From Octopus sinensis (lineage: Eukaryota), in the NCBI RefSeq assembly GCF_006345805.1, contig NC_042998.1, forward strand, positions 77,252,001-77,316,000: a DNA stretch of 64,000 bases, read 5' to 3'. A model generated the notes under the pieces. The model did no database searches, was not told the DNA's origin, and saw only the letters and a list, made by a program, of their open reading frames with translations. Within the stretch, counting starts at the first letter, position 1. Each line of letters opens with the position of its first letter. Made by a program: the position numbers and the translations under genes. Of this stretch, positions 11,513 through 24,905 are shown one piece after another.

Positions 11513-13294
11513 CATCCCATAAATTCTGTCCTAATTACAATAAATTACAATAATTGCAATAAATGTTATATTTAATTGAAATGTAATCATCAATGTACTT
11601 TCCCTGATTATCTATGACTCACTTCCATCTATTTACAAGCTTTTTAATCCCATCAATGTAAAACTCTTTTCGTTTCAAAGCGAAGAACTCTGAAATGGCA
11701 GTGTGACCTTCTCCTGTCTTGTGAAAATTATATCCCACAAATGATTCTGTAAACTACGAAACACATGGTAGTCTTAAGGAGCAAGGTCGAGAGAATAAAG
11801 TGGATGAGGAATTTTTTTCCCAACCAAGCTCTTCGATCTTTTGTGATGTGATCTTTGTTGTGTGGGGTCGCGCATTGTCCTGATGAAACATCACTGCTTT
11901 TCGCTTCACTAAAGCAAGTCTTTTTTCTTCAAAGTTTGGTTCAAAAGCTCTAATTGTTGACAGTAGACTTGAGCATTGATTGTTGAATTAGGTGGTAAAA
12001 ATTCAACGCAAATTACTCCTTTGCAATCCCACCTGATAGACAGAAGAACCTTTTTCGCATGAAGTTCTCTTCTCTGTTGCGTTTGAGCTTTTGCCCTTTT
12101 ATCAAGTCAGTGCTTACAACGTTTAACATTTCGATAGAATATCCATTTTCCTCACCAGCCACAAGTCTATCCTAAAATGGCGAAATAATTTCGGGAGAAT
12201 GGAGAGAAGAGCAGATGTCAACTCGGAATTTGCGGTTGCTTTTGGACAATTCATGAGGCACCGATTTTCCAAGTTTACGAACCTTTCCAAGTAATTGAAG
12301 ATGACGATGAAACGTTGTATGGTTTGAACTAAGCTTTGTTGCCAATTCTTCAACTGATAATGCAGGATTTTCTTCAACTAATGTCTCAAGGAACTTATCA
12401 AACTCAACTAGACGTCGTGTTCGATTTTCATTTTTAAGGCTGAAATCTCCACTTCTGAATTTTGCAAACCATCTTCTGCAAGTTCTGTCATTCAAGCATT
12501 CTTTCCAATAAACTGAGTGTATGCTTCGAGACGCTTCGGCTGAAGTGTTTCCTTTTTTGTACTCATAAAGCATTATGTACCTCAAATGCTCTTTGGATAC
12601 TTCCATGTTAGAAATGGTCTTAATAAGAGAAATTTAAATTCTATAATTCTGTAAAATAATATTTAATTAGTTTAAATTTACACAAATGCATAAAATTTTT
12701 TTTATTCCGTTAGACATTCTAAAATACAGGGTCAGGCAAAATGATCTGACACATTTGTAGGTTAAATAAAAGGCAAATGAAGTAAAGAAACAAAAAGGTG
12801 TTTTTATTTTTGAAAAGTACATATAATGCCATTTTGTTTCATTATGTTTTAAAAATTAAATCAGTCAAATGGGATCCATTATTGTCCACACACTGTCGAA
12901 GGCGTTCACGAAAGTTGTCAATAACTTGGCGGGTCATTTCATGTGGAATGGCAGTAATTTCTTGACGAATTGCATCTTTAAGTTGCTCTGTAGCTCTGAA
13001 GTTGGTAACCCATAACAAGATCGTGTTTCGAGCTGGTACGGGATCATGTCTACCAAGATTGAAGTGCAAACGGAACGCTCTTTGTGTTGCAGTTACATAA
13101 TCGTTTGTTTTGATAAACGTTTCCACAATGAAAGCGCGATGCTCACCAGCCCAATTCATGGCAGCAACTGCAAAAGAAACGAAAACCAAATCCTTTTATT
13201 TAACCTACAAATGTGTCAGATCATTTTGCCTGAACCTGTACTATTAAATTTGATTCAGTTTTTAAAAATCGGACAAAACTTATGGGATGATCTG
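11508..13294 (-). mobile_element. Mariner element (decayed transposase) hosting a nested insertion
   Basis: TIRs AAGGTCATCCCATAAATTCTGTCC / GGACAAAACTTATGGGATGATCT. N-terminal HTH ORF at 12172-12606 (MEVSKEHLRYIMLYEYKKG..WFAKFRSGDFSL); downstream FHQDNARPHT, a frameshifted YSPDLAP-like motif and GIKKLVNRW. Confidence 0.9.
12727..13238 (-). mobile_element. Nested non-autonomous Tc1/mariner (rosa/DD41D-like) deletion derivative
   Basis: 47-bp TIRs with one mismatch (CAGGGTCAGGCAAAATGATCTGACACATTTGTAGG...) and TA on both sides; ORF 12842-13189 joins the N-terminal HTH to the C-terminal tail. Confidence 0.88.
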
Positions 13295-13538
13295 ATATAT
13301 ATATGTGTGTGTGTGTCTGTTTGTATTTATGTGTCTGTGCCGATGATGGTGCGTTTACGTCCCCGTAACGTAATGTTTACACAAAAATTAAAAATAGAAC
13401 ACAAAGGATATTGCGGCACATGTGTTTCAAGCTTTATAAACAATCTGTTGTTACATCAGCATAGGTATATTATTGATATAAAAGATGGTTTAAAGCTCTC
13501 TGCAGCCGCAAACATTGTTAGTCGAAAGATTACATCAC

Positions 13539-13755
13539 AAAATAAAAAGTACACGTAGTATTACCCATTATAATAGGTTTATCATATCTTTTTGAAAAGG
13601 TATATTTGTATAAAGGTTCATTGGATTTCAAAAATCTGCCCATACTGTACCACCATTCAGCACTGAAATCCAACGAACCTTTATACAAATATACCTTTTC
13701 AAAGAGATATGATAAACCTATTATAATGGGTAATACTACGTGTACTTTTTATTTT
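13539..13755. repeat. Fold-back element, 92-bp arms and 33-nt loop (MITE-like)
   Basis: 13539-13630 versus 13664-13755, two mismatches by eye. Confidence 0.9.
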
Positions 13756-13950
13756 TTAATGTGCCTGATAAGGCACACAAGTAATTGATCTTAGAGTTTT
13801 GTAGCTAAAGAAATATGAAAGACGGTGAATTTAAAACAATCGCATGTTTCATTTGAGTTTCATGTAATTGAATAAATTATATTGGTGAGGGGGGGGGCTA
13901 TTAAAAATATCAGTAAATAAAAAACGATATATGAAGAAAATTAAAAGTGC

Positions 13951-14043
<93 letters not shown>

Positions 14044-14869
14044 ATATACATCAATACATTTAAATAATTTATGTACATTTCTATATGTGTACAGAGAGAA
14101 GGACACATACGCACACAGATAGATTTGCAGATGGATATATAAAGTGTTGGTGTCTTTTGTGTTATTTGACGATATTACAAACTGCAACATGATATAGTAG
14201 TATGTGATATGAGGAAGTGAGTGTTTCAGTACACGCTTGATCCTGAGTGTCAAGTTGTTTATTCAATTTAATAATGTCGGGATTTGTTATCGAAATTTAG
14301 ATAAATTTTTAGAATGCATCGTTGTGTTATCACACTTTGATTTGCATAGAGATTTATAATTTTACTAAATAGTACAGCTTAGCAGTATATTTAATTTCTC
14401 GATGGATCGAGCAAAGGAAGGATACAACCTTTGCTATTATTCACTAGTGATGGTTATCGCACGAGACAACAATGTCGTGATGGGATTCATTTTGTGTGTT
14501 TAAGGGACAAAATGTATTTAGCTGGATAATATCTGCTTTAGAAATCTCACATGAGGATGTTGAATGCTGCTATTTGAAAGAGATTAATTCATAAGATGGA
14601 CATTTTGATCTTTAATATCATCATTATCTCAAATGAACCAAGACAAATAAACTCCTTACATTAGAAGGTAGGGATTTTATTGAGATTAACAATTTGTTAC
14701 GGATTCATGAAGTTATCAGTCACTAAGAATACAGGAGTATTAGTTTCTGAGATAATGGATTTATTTGCAACGATATTGATAAGTCGCCGAAAGATTTCTT
14801 TGAATTTGGGACAATTGAACGACACTTAAGAACCTGATGATTCTTAGTTTACGTTGCTCATTGTTACTA

Positions 14870-14887
14870 TTATCATTATTATTATTA

Positions 14888-14949
<62 letters not shown>
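14870..14949. repeat. (ATT)n microsatellite
   Basis: Seen directly; abuts the 3' end of the R4-like fragment. Confidence 0.95.
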
Positions 14950-15250
14950 GCCTTTGCACAGCTACTAACGCTGGAGATGTATTACAGTGTCAGCTGTTCA
15001 CTACCAGTGAACTAAAGTAACACATCTTATTTTTCGAGCGGTTCCAAGCAGTGCTGCTTTCTGCAAGTGTTCCACCCTTATTGCAGCCCTTATTTGTTCT
15101 ACGAACTTCTCGAGATTTTTGCTCACTGTTCCCAAGGCTCCGACAATTATTGGTACTACTGCAACCATTTTCATCGACCACAACTGCTTAACTTCCCAAG
15201 CTAACTTGTCATATCTCTCGACATTTCTTTCTTCCTTATCGCATACGTTG
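14950..15250 (-). mobile_element. R4/Dong-like RLE LINE 3' end
   Basis: WSMKMVAVVPIIVGALGTV..LQKAALLGTARKIR, typical of the C-terminus of restriction-like endonuclease LINEs; followed by (AAT)n on its own strand. Confidence 0.8.
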
Positions 15251-15259
15251 TTGTCAGCT

Positions 15260-15514
<255 letters not shown>

Positions 15515-15520
15515 TATTAA

Positions 15521-15730
15521 GGTGGTGTGCTGTCAGAATCGTTAGCAGGCCGGGCAAAGTACTTAGCGGCATTTCGTCCGTCTTTACGTTCTGGGTTCAA
15601 ATTCCGCCGAGGTCGCTTTAGCCTTTCATCCTTTTGGTGTCGATAAATTAAGTACCAGTGAGACACTGCGGTCGATGTAATTGACTAGCCCCTCCCCGAA
15701 AATGGCTTCCCTTGTGGCAAAATTTGAAAC

Positions 15731-15731
<1 letters not shown>
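15521..15731 (+). mobile_element. SINE family B
   Basis: GGTGGTGTGCTGTCAGAATCGTTAGC head, GGTTCAAATTCC B-box-like, conserved body GCCTTTCATCC..GATAAATTAAGTACCAG, (ATT)n tail. Confidence 0.85.
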
Positions 15732-15794
<63 letters not shown>

Positions 15795-16129
15795 TTCACA
15801 GCGCCACCCGTTTCACCCCCGTGTTACTGAGCTCCGCGCAGCATTATGTATTCTTTTTTGTTGCTGGAATATGTGCAAAATATTCCCGGTATTGCATTTC
15901 ATTACTTTGCCTTATTATGCAGTTTGGTTGCAGTCCTGCCTTGTATTGGTATCTGCATTGTTTGTTTGTTGTGTGTGTGTGTGCGTGTGTGTATGCGTGT
16001 GTGTAATGCGAGTTGTGTTGATCTGTTGTGTACCTGGTCTATAGAGTGCATGTGGTGTTTGTTTATTTTATTGGATATTTGCCGTATAGAATGCGTCTTA
16101 TATTTGTGTATTGTTCTATTCGCGTTGTA

Positions 16130-16577
16130 CTATTGAAGTTATAGGGTCTTATAGAGGATGTGGCCTTTCACTATGGGGCTATGTTTTCTGATAGTTTGTA
16201 GAGTTGACGGTACAGGTATAGATTCATTGTTTTTCTTCATACGTTTTTATCATACCCATTGCTCCAGGTATTACTGATCTTATTTTCATGTTCATGCTTT
16301 ACCTACTTCAAATTCGAGCCCTTTGTTTCTCCACTCTTTTTAGGGTAATATTCTGCCCAGAAAAGACTGCAATGTCTATCAATAAGCAGGTGTTTTTGTT
16401 TCCAGTCGTTGATTATCATGTCTGGGAAATTATATTTCTTTGTCAGTTTGAACAGGTATACTTCAGATGGTTTTTGTCATGTACCTTGCTTGCAATATAT
16501 TTATATCATGTCTTGTTAGTTTTTATGATGTTTTGTTGGCATATTGGCCAGTCGATATAACAACTCACTCGGTGAAG

Positions 16578-16612
<35 letters not shown>

Positions 16613-16985
16613 GATTTGCTTAGAACTGGACGGCCAGAGATAATGTGGTTAACTGGTTGCTCATTCTGCATTTTTTGATGGGCCAGTTTTCATTACTTTG
16701 CTTTTGTAGTTGTTCGTGTTCAGGAATTGTTCTTGAGCAGCGAAGATCAGTCTTTCCGTTTCTCCTTCTAATCCCGAGTTTTTGAGCCAATATTGGTTTT
16801 TACTTAAACTCACGTCTTCTCTATCGAGCCTTGATGGGTATTATCCAAGAAGCTATTTTCTTTAGTATGTTTTATAGTTCTGTTTTCATGTTTTTTGTCT
16901 CTTCGGCTATTTCTTCTATTTTGTTATCTGAGATCAGTGATTCAGTGTAGTTTGTTTCTTTTTTGTATTTCGTCACCTCTTTGAG

Positions 16986-17039
<54 letters not shown>

Positions 17040-17460
17040 GGAGAGAGAGAGATATTCTTTTTTCAGTGTTGCCGTCTTCCATTTTTCTAAGTATTTTCTC
17101 GTCCAACTGTTCTTATTTTATACAGCTCCCTTTTGTGTCAGGCCCTCCCATCTTTCTGAGCAGTGGTAGATATATTCTGCCTGTAACTGCTTTGGGGTGG
17201 TCTTCTGATTTCTATTAATATTTTGCTAACGTTTCTAAGTTTCTCAATTCATTAATATTCTACTTTATTTTGTTTAAGCTGTAATTTATGACTGGTATAG
17301 CTAGCGTGTTTATCCCTATCATCTTAATTTTAGCATTGAGCTCAGTATTGAATATTGGTTTAACTCTTCTTTTGAATCCTCTACTAATTTTCCCTTTCCT
17401 TTGTGTGTTGTATTTTAGCTATTTCGTAGATCCAAGAAGAATACTTATCGTTATTACAAC
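16130..17460 (-). mobile_element. Degenerate R4/Dong-like LINE fragment interrupted by (TA)n and (GA)n
   Basis: Minus-strand remnants GINTLAIPVINYS, HPKA..RIYLP, WLKNSGLEGETERLIFAAQEQ and VNHIISG are collinear with the copy at 30575-31915. Confidence 0.75.
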
Positions 17461-17468
17461 AAGGCAAG

Positions 17469-18070
17469 GTGGCAAGCTGACAGAATCGTTATCACATCGA
17501 GCGAAATGCTTAGCAGTGTTTCGTGTGTCATTACGTTCTGAGTGTAAATTCCGCCGAGGTCGATTTGCCTTTCGTCTTTTTGGGATCGATAAAATTAGTA
17601 CCAGTTACGCACTGGGGTTGATGTAATCGACTTAATCTCTTTCCCCACATTTGAGACTTGTGTTTCCAGTAGAAAGGATTATTGTTACTACTAGGCGGTG
17701 ACCTGTCAGAGTCATTAGTACGCCGGGTGAAACACTTTGTGGTATGTCATCTGTCGCTGTGTTCTGAGTTTAAATTCCGCCGAGGTCGTCTTTGCCTTTC
17801 ATCATTTTGGAGTCGATGAATTAAGTACAAGTGTAATACTGGGTTTGATGTAATCGGCTTGTCCCCTCCCCCCAAATTTCAGCCCTTGTGCTAGAAAGAG
17901 TTAGCATCGTTAGCAAGCTGCTGAAAATATTAGCGATATTTCGTTCGTCATTATGTTCTGTGTTCAACTTTTACTAAGGTCAAGTTTGTCTTTCATCCTT
18001 TCGGGATCAATAAAATAAGATCCTATTTCCCTCCTTCGAAATTGCTAGCCCTATGCCAAAATTTGAACTC
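17469..18070 (+). mobile_element. Three tandem family-B SINE copies
   Basis: Copies at about 17469-17680, 17694-17900 and 17900-18070 each show the TTCTGAG..AAATTCCGCCGAGGTC / CCTTTCATC..TCGAT body; the third is more diverged. Confidence 0.8.
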
Positions 18071-18293
18071 ATCATTATTATCATTACTACTTCCGTTGAA
18101 TTACGGGAATTTCAGAATGAACGCAAGTGAAGCGAGAACTTGCGAATATTAGTGCCAAGTTGCAATGAAATCATAACAAAAATATGAAGCTAAAAGAACA
18201 ACTTAAGAAAGCAAACAAAATATACTAGCCAATAAATTTTGGATCATTTTCCACATGTCATTTCTTTTCCTGTCTACACATCAAACAATCACA

Positions 18294-18340
<47 letters not shown>

Positions 18341-18530
18341 AGGGAGAATTCACAAAAAAAACAACAAAAGACGAAGACAGGTGGTGTAGACAACAAACAG
18401 ATGTATTAGTTTAACGCTTGGGAAGTAAAAAAAGTCTTTAACGTTTCGGGCCCATACTCTTCCACAGAAAGAAACACAGAAAGAAACAAGGAGAGAAAAT
18501 AAAGAGAGAAAATATATAGAATATAAATCC
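18341..18530 (-). mobile_element. Short dispersed repeat with variant hammerhead-like motif
   Basis: Reverse complement of 34395-34580; motif at 18435-18472 reads tcttt-CTGTGGA-A-GAGT-atgg-GCCC-GAAA-CG-TT-aaaga. Confidence 0.65.
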
Positions 18531-18975
18531 CGTTTTGTCTCTGTGTGTAAAATATTATAACGGCCGTATTTTTCAACTGACTTTCTCCAAACTGGGAACA
18601 TACATTACTTATGTTCCAGGGATGGTTTTAGACACTTAAAATTGTTCACATCATGAATAAGACCCCCCTCCCTAATGGCAGAAAATACCCTTTCCTGGGG
18701 TCCATGGAGAAAGGAGGTAACTCTTTCAGAAATTGTCTCCCTTACTTCCATTGGTCATTAAAAATATTGTTTTTTATATTAGATTCACGTCTTTGAAAGT
18801 TAAAAAAATATTTACTTCTTATTTTCTAGCGTGAGTGACGCCTACATCTGTCTATCTATATCCATCTATCCATCTCTCTCTATCTATATCTTTCTCTCTA
18901 TCCATCGCTATCTCTATATTTGTCTATTTCTCTGTACCTATCAATCTATAACTATCTCATTTGTCTAACTAGCTA

Positions 18976-19009
<34 letters not shown>

Positions 19010-19099
19010 TCTCTATATATCTCACTCACTTTCTATTGTTTTCACTTTAATTTTTCAGACGATATTGCTTTCATTCGCTATTGTTTTCACTATACGTTT

Positions 19100-20250
19100 T
19101 CAGTCGCTATTTACAAACAACAACGACAAATTACTGACAGAAAGAAGTTCACAAATACTGATGAAAGTAATTTCATACATAATTTACTGATAGAAGTAAG
19201 TTCATAAATTTCACTTCAATCCTTACACTTCGTTAAATTTGCGTACAAATTTCTTATTTACTTTTGCAACACTTTGTGATTTTTTTCTTGTTGACGGAAT
19301 TACTGATAAAACTAAATTGATGATTTACTGACAGAAGTAACTTCAAAAGTTTGACTTAAATCCATACTCTTAGTTAATTTCCTTAAAGATTCTTTATTTA
19401 CTTTTGCAATGGTTCTGTGTTTTTCTCTTGTTAAAGGTTTTTTCTGGTTCCTTCTATACTAGCTATTTAGTTCACTGACATATTTCGCTTCAACCCGTAT
19501 AATTCTTCATTTTCCGTAAAAATTTCTTATTTACTTTTTACCCGTTGTATTAAGAAATTTAATTTCCGTTACCCAGTTCTTTTCATTGTTTAATATTTTT
19601 TGCACCCGTGTATTTCTGTATACGTATATAACCATACCTAGAAGGATAGTGTCAAATTTGTCTACAATGTCAAGGTCAGTCAAAAGAATGTTTCTGCCCA
19701 GGGAAAAGGAGACAGCTGCAGAAAGGGAAGAATACCAAGAAACGAACAGACTGTGCACTACAAAAGCTAGAGCATCTCAAAGTGATGAACAGAGGTATGC
19801 ACGACTGATAAGGAATAGGATCTCCACTGCAACACGAAGAGCAGTTGCAAAAGCTCAGAGAAACAGTGTCTATGAAGTAGCTTTCAATTATGATCCAGCA
19901 GTTCAGTTCATTATGCAGATGACACTAGAGTTTCCGTTGATACAATGACAACTGAGTGCATACATTGTAAAGCAAGGAAGTGGCCTGGATAGACGCCTGC
20001 ACTGTGCTGCAGTGGTGGAAAGGTTAAACTCCCTGCAATCCCAAGCCTCTCGAGCCATTGAAGAAACTGTTGTCATCAACTGACCAAGATTCCAAGCACT
20101 TCCAATACAAATTAGGCAATACAACGCTGCACTACAGGTGACATCATTTGGAGCCACAAGAGATTTAACTGAGCCAGGAGTAATGCAAACTTTCAAGATT
20201 CAAGGTCAGAGTTATCATCGGATTGGATCTCTGCTACCTCTGTCAAATTA
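19100..20250 (+). mobile_element. Helitron 5' fragment (Rep N-terminal region)
   Basis: AFNYDP, CIHCKARKW..CCSGGKVKLP, IRQYNAALQVTSFGA and FKIQGQSYHRIGSLLP, with stops; preceded by degenerate ~135-140-bp repeats. Confidence 0.8.
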
Positions 20251-20710
20251 ATCACCAAAATCGGCCTTTCATTTTTCATAATCTGTACTTATTTTTGGTT
20301 TCGAAATAAGCTATACAAAACGTGTTTTTGTATAACATGTATTTACTCTATATACACATATCAGTTGAAATCTTTCTTTTAACATTTCACTTAACGTCTA
20401 TGTTCTATGCTGCCATAGGCTGGAGAGTTATTAATGTAGAAGTTTGGTATTTCAGCTATTAGCAGTTGAGACCTGCGCAATCTAGATGGCGCTTTTAGAT
20501 TTCATTATTCTCCTTAACTCAAGCAACGCCAGGTATTTCTACAAGTATATATACACACCTACATGCATACATACACATACACCCACACACACACACATAT
20601 ATATACATATACATATATATATATATGCATGTATATATGACGCAATCACATTTTTCGTTCTACTCAGTCATACACCTAAACAAATGCATTGAGAATAGTA
20701 GTAGGAGAAA

Positions 20711-20761
<51 letters not shown>

Positions 20762-22424
20762 AAAACTTTTGTTAATGGGTATTTGAATGTTGAGCGCTTC
20801 CTCTATGTCATTCTCACTACATTTATAGCAATGTGTGTAGTTCTACACTGTAAAGACATATTTATTGACCACGGAACTTAACCTATATATCCCCCCACTC
20901 TCTCTCTCTCATATTTCTATATGAGAGAATATTATAGACGTATACATATAAAGCTATACAAAATTGATGCTCATATGCAAGAGAAAGAAAGAAATATGTG
21001 AAGGGGATTGCATGAATGAAACTGCTAAAAGAAAAGAAAGAGAAAATACTGCTACGCCCATTTGCACATAAACGAAAAAAAGTTTTCTTTTGTGTTAGCA
21101 AGATATATACTGGTCCAATTATCTATTTGTATATGTGAGTAATATATTAATATAAAAAAAATTGATGCTCATACGCCAAAACTAAAACGGGAAAAAGGAG
21201 AGAGCGAAATGGAGGAAACAATTTAGTGAAGAAGAAGAGAAAATACTGCAAGGTGTTTTTTTTTGTACATAAACGAAACGAATGTTATTTTCTTGATATA
21301 TAGCCGCGTTTTACAGCACTTAAAAATAAGGAAGCTTGAAGAATATAACAATATAAGTTTAAATTGAGATGACAAGAAAATTTATGTTGGAGCTGTTAGA
21401 AAGCTTGATGCTACGGATATTGAAGATAATAGCGCGATATCTTTTGTGTGTAGAGTCTCACATTCCGTCTCTCTCACTCACACACATATATAAACAACCT
21501 GGATATGACTTGACGTTATGTGATACACTCATTGTTAATATGATATATTTTGTTAAACATTTTGTCTGTAACAAAATTGATTTGAGTTTAGCAGATTATG
21601 TCATAGAAAGAGATTTCATATGTTTTTTTTTGTCATTGGCTATGAATGTAATAAAATGTCAAAAAAGAAAAGAAGAATCAAAACAAAAGAAAGGGATGCA
21701 TAGCTGAATATGCAACATAACTTTGATTATAAATCAACAGCAAGCTAGCGAATAACATCTAACAACAGCGTCATAATATTCGATTTTACATTCAACAAGT
21801 TACTTTCACGTTTTATTTTAGCAATTTTCAAGGTTAAAAAATAAGCCAAAAGAAAGATAATTTCTGCAATTTGTATTTTTCTTTATTATTACTGTGTTAT
21901 TTTTCTTCTACTTAAGTTTCTTTACTTATCCTTCTTTTTCGTTTCTTTTCATTTCCGCAGAGGTTAGGGTGGATTTTCAATTCATGAATCAAGTTTGGAG
22001 AGTTGCATGACATATAACATATCTCAAATGTCTTCGACTGTAACTGTGTAAGTTGACCATCTTTACGATTACAGATATTCTTTGGCGCGGATGAAATAAA
22101 CACAATAAAAATATATTGCATAAAATATTTTCTAACATCTGCATGAAACCAAGATGGTTTTAGAATAGGGTTATATTCAGTTAGAACCTACTCAGGTGCT
22201 TGATTGATGTTTATTTCAGCGTGGCCAGGAGGATGTACAGTATATTCAACCTCATGGGGACTGGGACACAAAACGTTACGGTATCAAGTGAAAGAAAGTA
22301 AATGTGAAACAATTTTAACAAAAAAAGAATCGGGACTCGCATTTTGACACTCGTATGTTCCCTATATCTCTGTCCACACTTTTCTTACGAATATACAGAA
22401 TGTTTATACGCTTGTATACACTTT

Positions 22425-22590
22425 TATTCTCTTTTACTTGTTTCAGTCATTTGACTGTGGCCATGCTGGAGCACCGCCTTTTTAGTCGAGCAAATCCACC
22501 CCAGGACTTATTCTTTGTTAGCCTGGTACTTATTCTATCAATCTCTTTTGCCGGACCGCTAAGTTACGGGGACGTAAACACAGCCACACA
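22425..22590 (-). mobile_element. SINE-like repeat family C
   Basis: Minus strand GTGTTTACGTCCCCGTAACTTAGCGGT..GGCGGTGCTCCAGCATGGCC..GAAACAAGTAAAAGAG; partial copies at about 13345 and 39890. Confidence 0.65.
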
Positions 22591-22601
22591 AACATATACA
22601 C

Positions 22602-22715
<114 letters not shown>

Positions 22716-22720
22716 TATAT

Positions 22721-22892
22721 ACGACGGGCTTCTTTCAGTTTCCGTCTACCAAATCCACTCACAAGGCTTTAGTTGGCCCGAGGGTATGGTAGAAGACACT
22801 TGCCCAAGGTGCCACGTGCCACGCAGTGAGACTGAACCCGGGACCATAGGGTTGGTAAGCAAGCTACATACCACACAGCCAATCCCACGCCT
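22721..22892 (-). mobile_element. tRNA-derived SINE (family A)
   Basis: Homologous to 11018-11183. Confidence 0.8.
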
Positions 22893-23411
22893 ACATTATA
22901 AATGCTATGCATATCTTTATTTTAATCTAATGCTATTTCATTTTCGTATATTGACATAAATATACATCCCTTCATTATGTTTAGCTTGATTTACAGCACT
23001 TAAACGGACTTCAATATTATTGCCATAATATGTAGATAAAATTTTAAGAAATTGTACTTAGAAGACATGACTCTGCAGCTAACACAGTTCAGCACTTTAG
23101 GCAAGAGTTTTCTACTATAACTTTGGGTTGATCACTCCTTATAAGGTGGGGACGATTCGGTATCAAAAATCAAACGGAAGCCCGGTGTATATCTATATAT
23201 GCAGGTTTATATAAGTTTCGGGAATATAATCGATGACAACTAAACAAACGGTCTGTGGTTTCCGAAGAAAGTTCTTTGTGGTATTTGTCTCTAAAGTGTT
23301 ACAAAGACTTTATCATCACCTCAGAAAACCACAGCCTAGCTATTATACACATATTCACATGTATTCAAATGTACTCGTACATATGCATGCACAGATATTT
23401 TCTCACACATA

Positions 23412-23794
23412 TCTCTCTATATATAAACGGCAGTTTGTCTGTCTGTGTGTCTGTGTGTCTGTCAGGTTGTACCCTCACCCTGACCACGGCTTTCAACCGA
23501 TTCTGATGAAACTTGACACACACATAGCCCAATGTCATAATTCAAACCTAACGCAGCGAAAATTTTGAAAAGTTCCCCCAGTTCTGAAAAGAATTGATAA
23601 ATTCGACATGGGGTCGAGAGTCAGAAACACAAACCACAGACTGTCTAGGGGACGCAACTCGACCTTTTTAATTCTCAAAAAAAATTTACCATCATCTTTT
23701 TTCCATTTTTTGCTATTTTTTGGCTATAACTCTCTAAAAATGCTTTATAGTTATTTCCCTTACAAACCCGAGAAACGCCGGGCGATACTGCTAG
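23412..23794 (+). mobile_element. Non-autonomous Helitron
   Basis: A|TC 5' end, subterminal hairpin CCCGAGAAACGCCGGG and CTAG|T 3' end. Confidence 0.85.
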
Positions 23795-24822
23795 TACAAT
23801 ATGTAGAGTTGTTTACATACACACACACATACAGAAACACACACACATACAGAAACACACACACATGCACACACACACATGCACACACACACATGCACAC
23901 ACACACACATAAAATTCACGAAATTTAGAGAATGAAACAGGCAAAATCTAGGCTACATATGTTAGAGAAACTAATTACTTAACCAGGAGTACTTCACTAT
24001 CTACTCAACAGGCCAAAGATCTCTTAGTTAAATGAAGGTTACATTGATGTCAAAGGATCTCAAGTTAATTTGCAGGAGATTTGATCAAAAATGGAAAGCA
24101 TAGCTGTGAAGAAATAATATATGGGAGTGAGCAGACATTTCAACTACCTTTATATTATTTTATCATATTTTTGTTCTTAACCTGGTGATCTCCCTAGATA
24201 TTCTTTCTGCACATGAGCATATACAGACACCTACGCACGCATGCAAACCTACAAGATATTACAGGTGCACAGAAAGAATGTGCGCGTGCACGCTAATATG
24301 GGCTTGTATAATTTTACTGTTAAATGATAAGCTACCAACTTACCGAGAACTACTGTTTTCCTATTGACCAGAAACATTATCTCCAACCTCTTTCTCCCTC
24401 TCTTCCAACAAATTCCAACTTACTACCACTCCTAAATTTTTTGCTTCTCACTTCCTCATTGAATTCTTCCCTTTTTTTTGTTTGACTCTGTTGAAATATA
24501 TATACAGGGTGTCACAATATATTCATTAACTTATTTACAGTTGACATTGTAAATGACCTCAGCCTATATTCTCAAAGACCCCCTATCCAGCTTCAATCTC
24601 ATCAAATGTACCCCCTACATTTCCACCCCACCTTTTCTTTATTCTTATTCTTGTTCTTAACAACTTTAGATATTTAGCCACTCCCACACATCATTTCTTC
24701 ACACCTATGCTTTTTGTTTTCTCACTCCGTGCTTTCCTCTCAACGCCAATCAAAACTCCTGCGAGTAAACTTGCGATCGTTTGAAGACATTGTAACTTTC
24801 ATTTAACTAAGGTAACTTCTTC

Positions 24823-24905
24823 GGCCTGATGAGTAGCTATCGGAGTACCCCTCGATGAGTAATTACTACTTCCGATGGTCTGCTAGCTAAGAAACATATG
24901 TAGCC
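24823..24905 (+). ncRNA. Type I hammerhead ribozyme motif with long stem II
   Basis: ggc-CTGATGA (24826-24832), TAGCTA/TAGCTA plus ATCGGA/TCCGAT extended stem II, GAAA (24891-24894), palindromic CATATG, GTA cleavage triplet, gcc. Stem I has only 3 canonical pairs. Confidence 0.65.
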
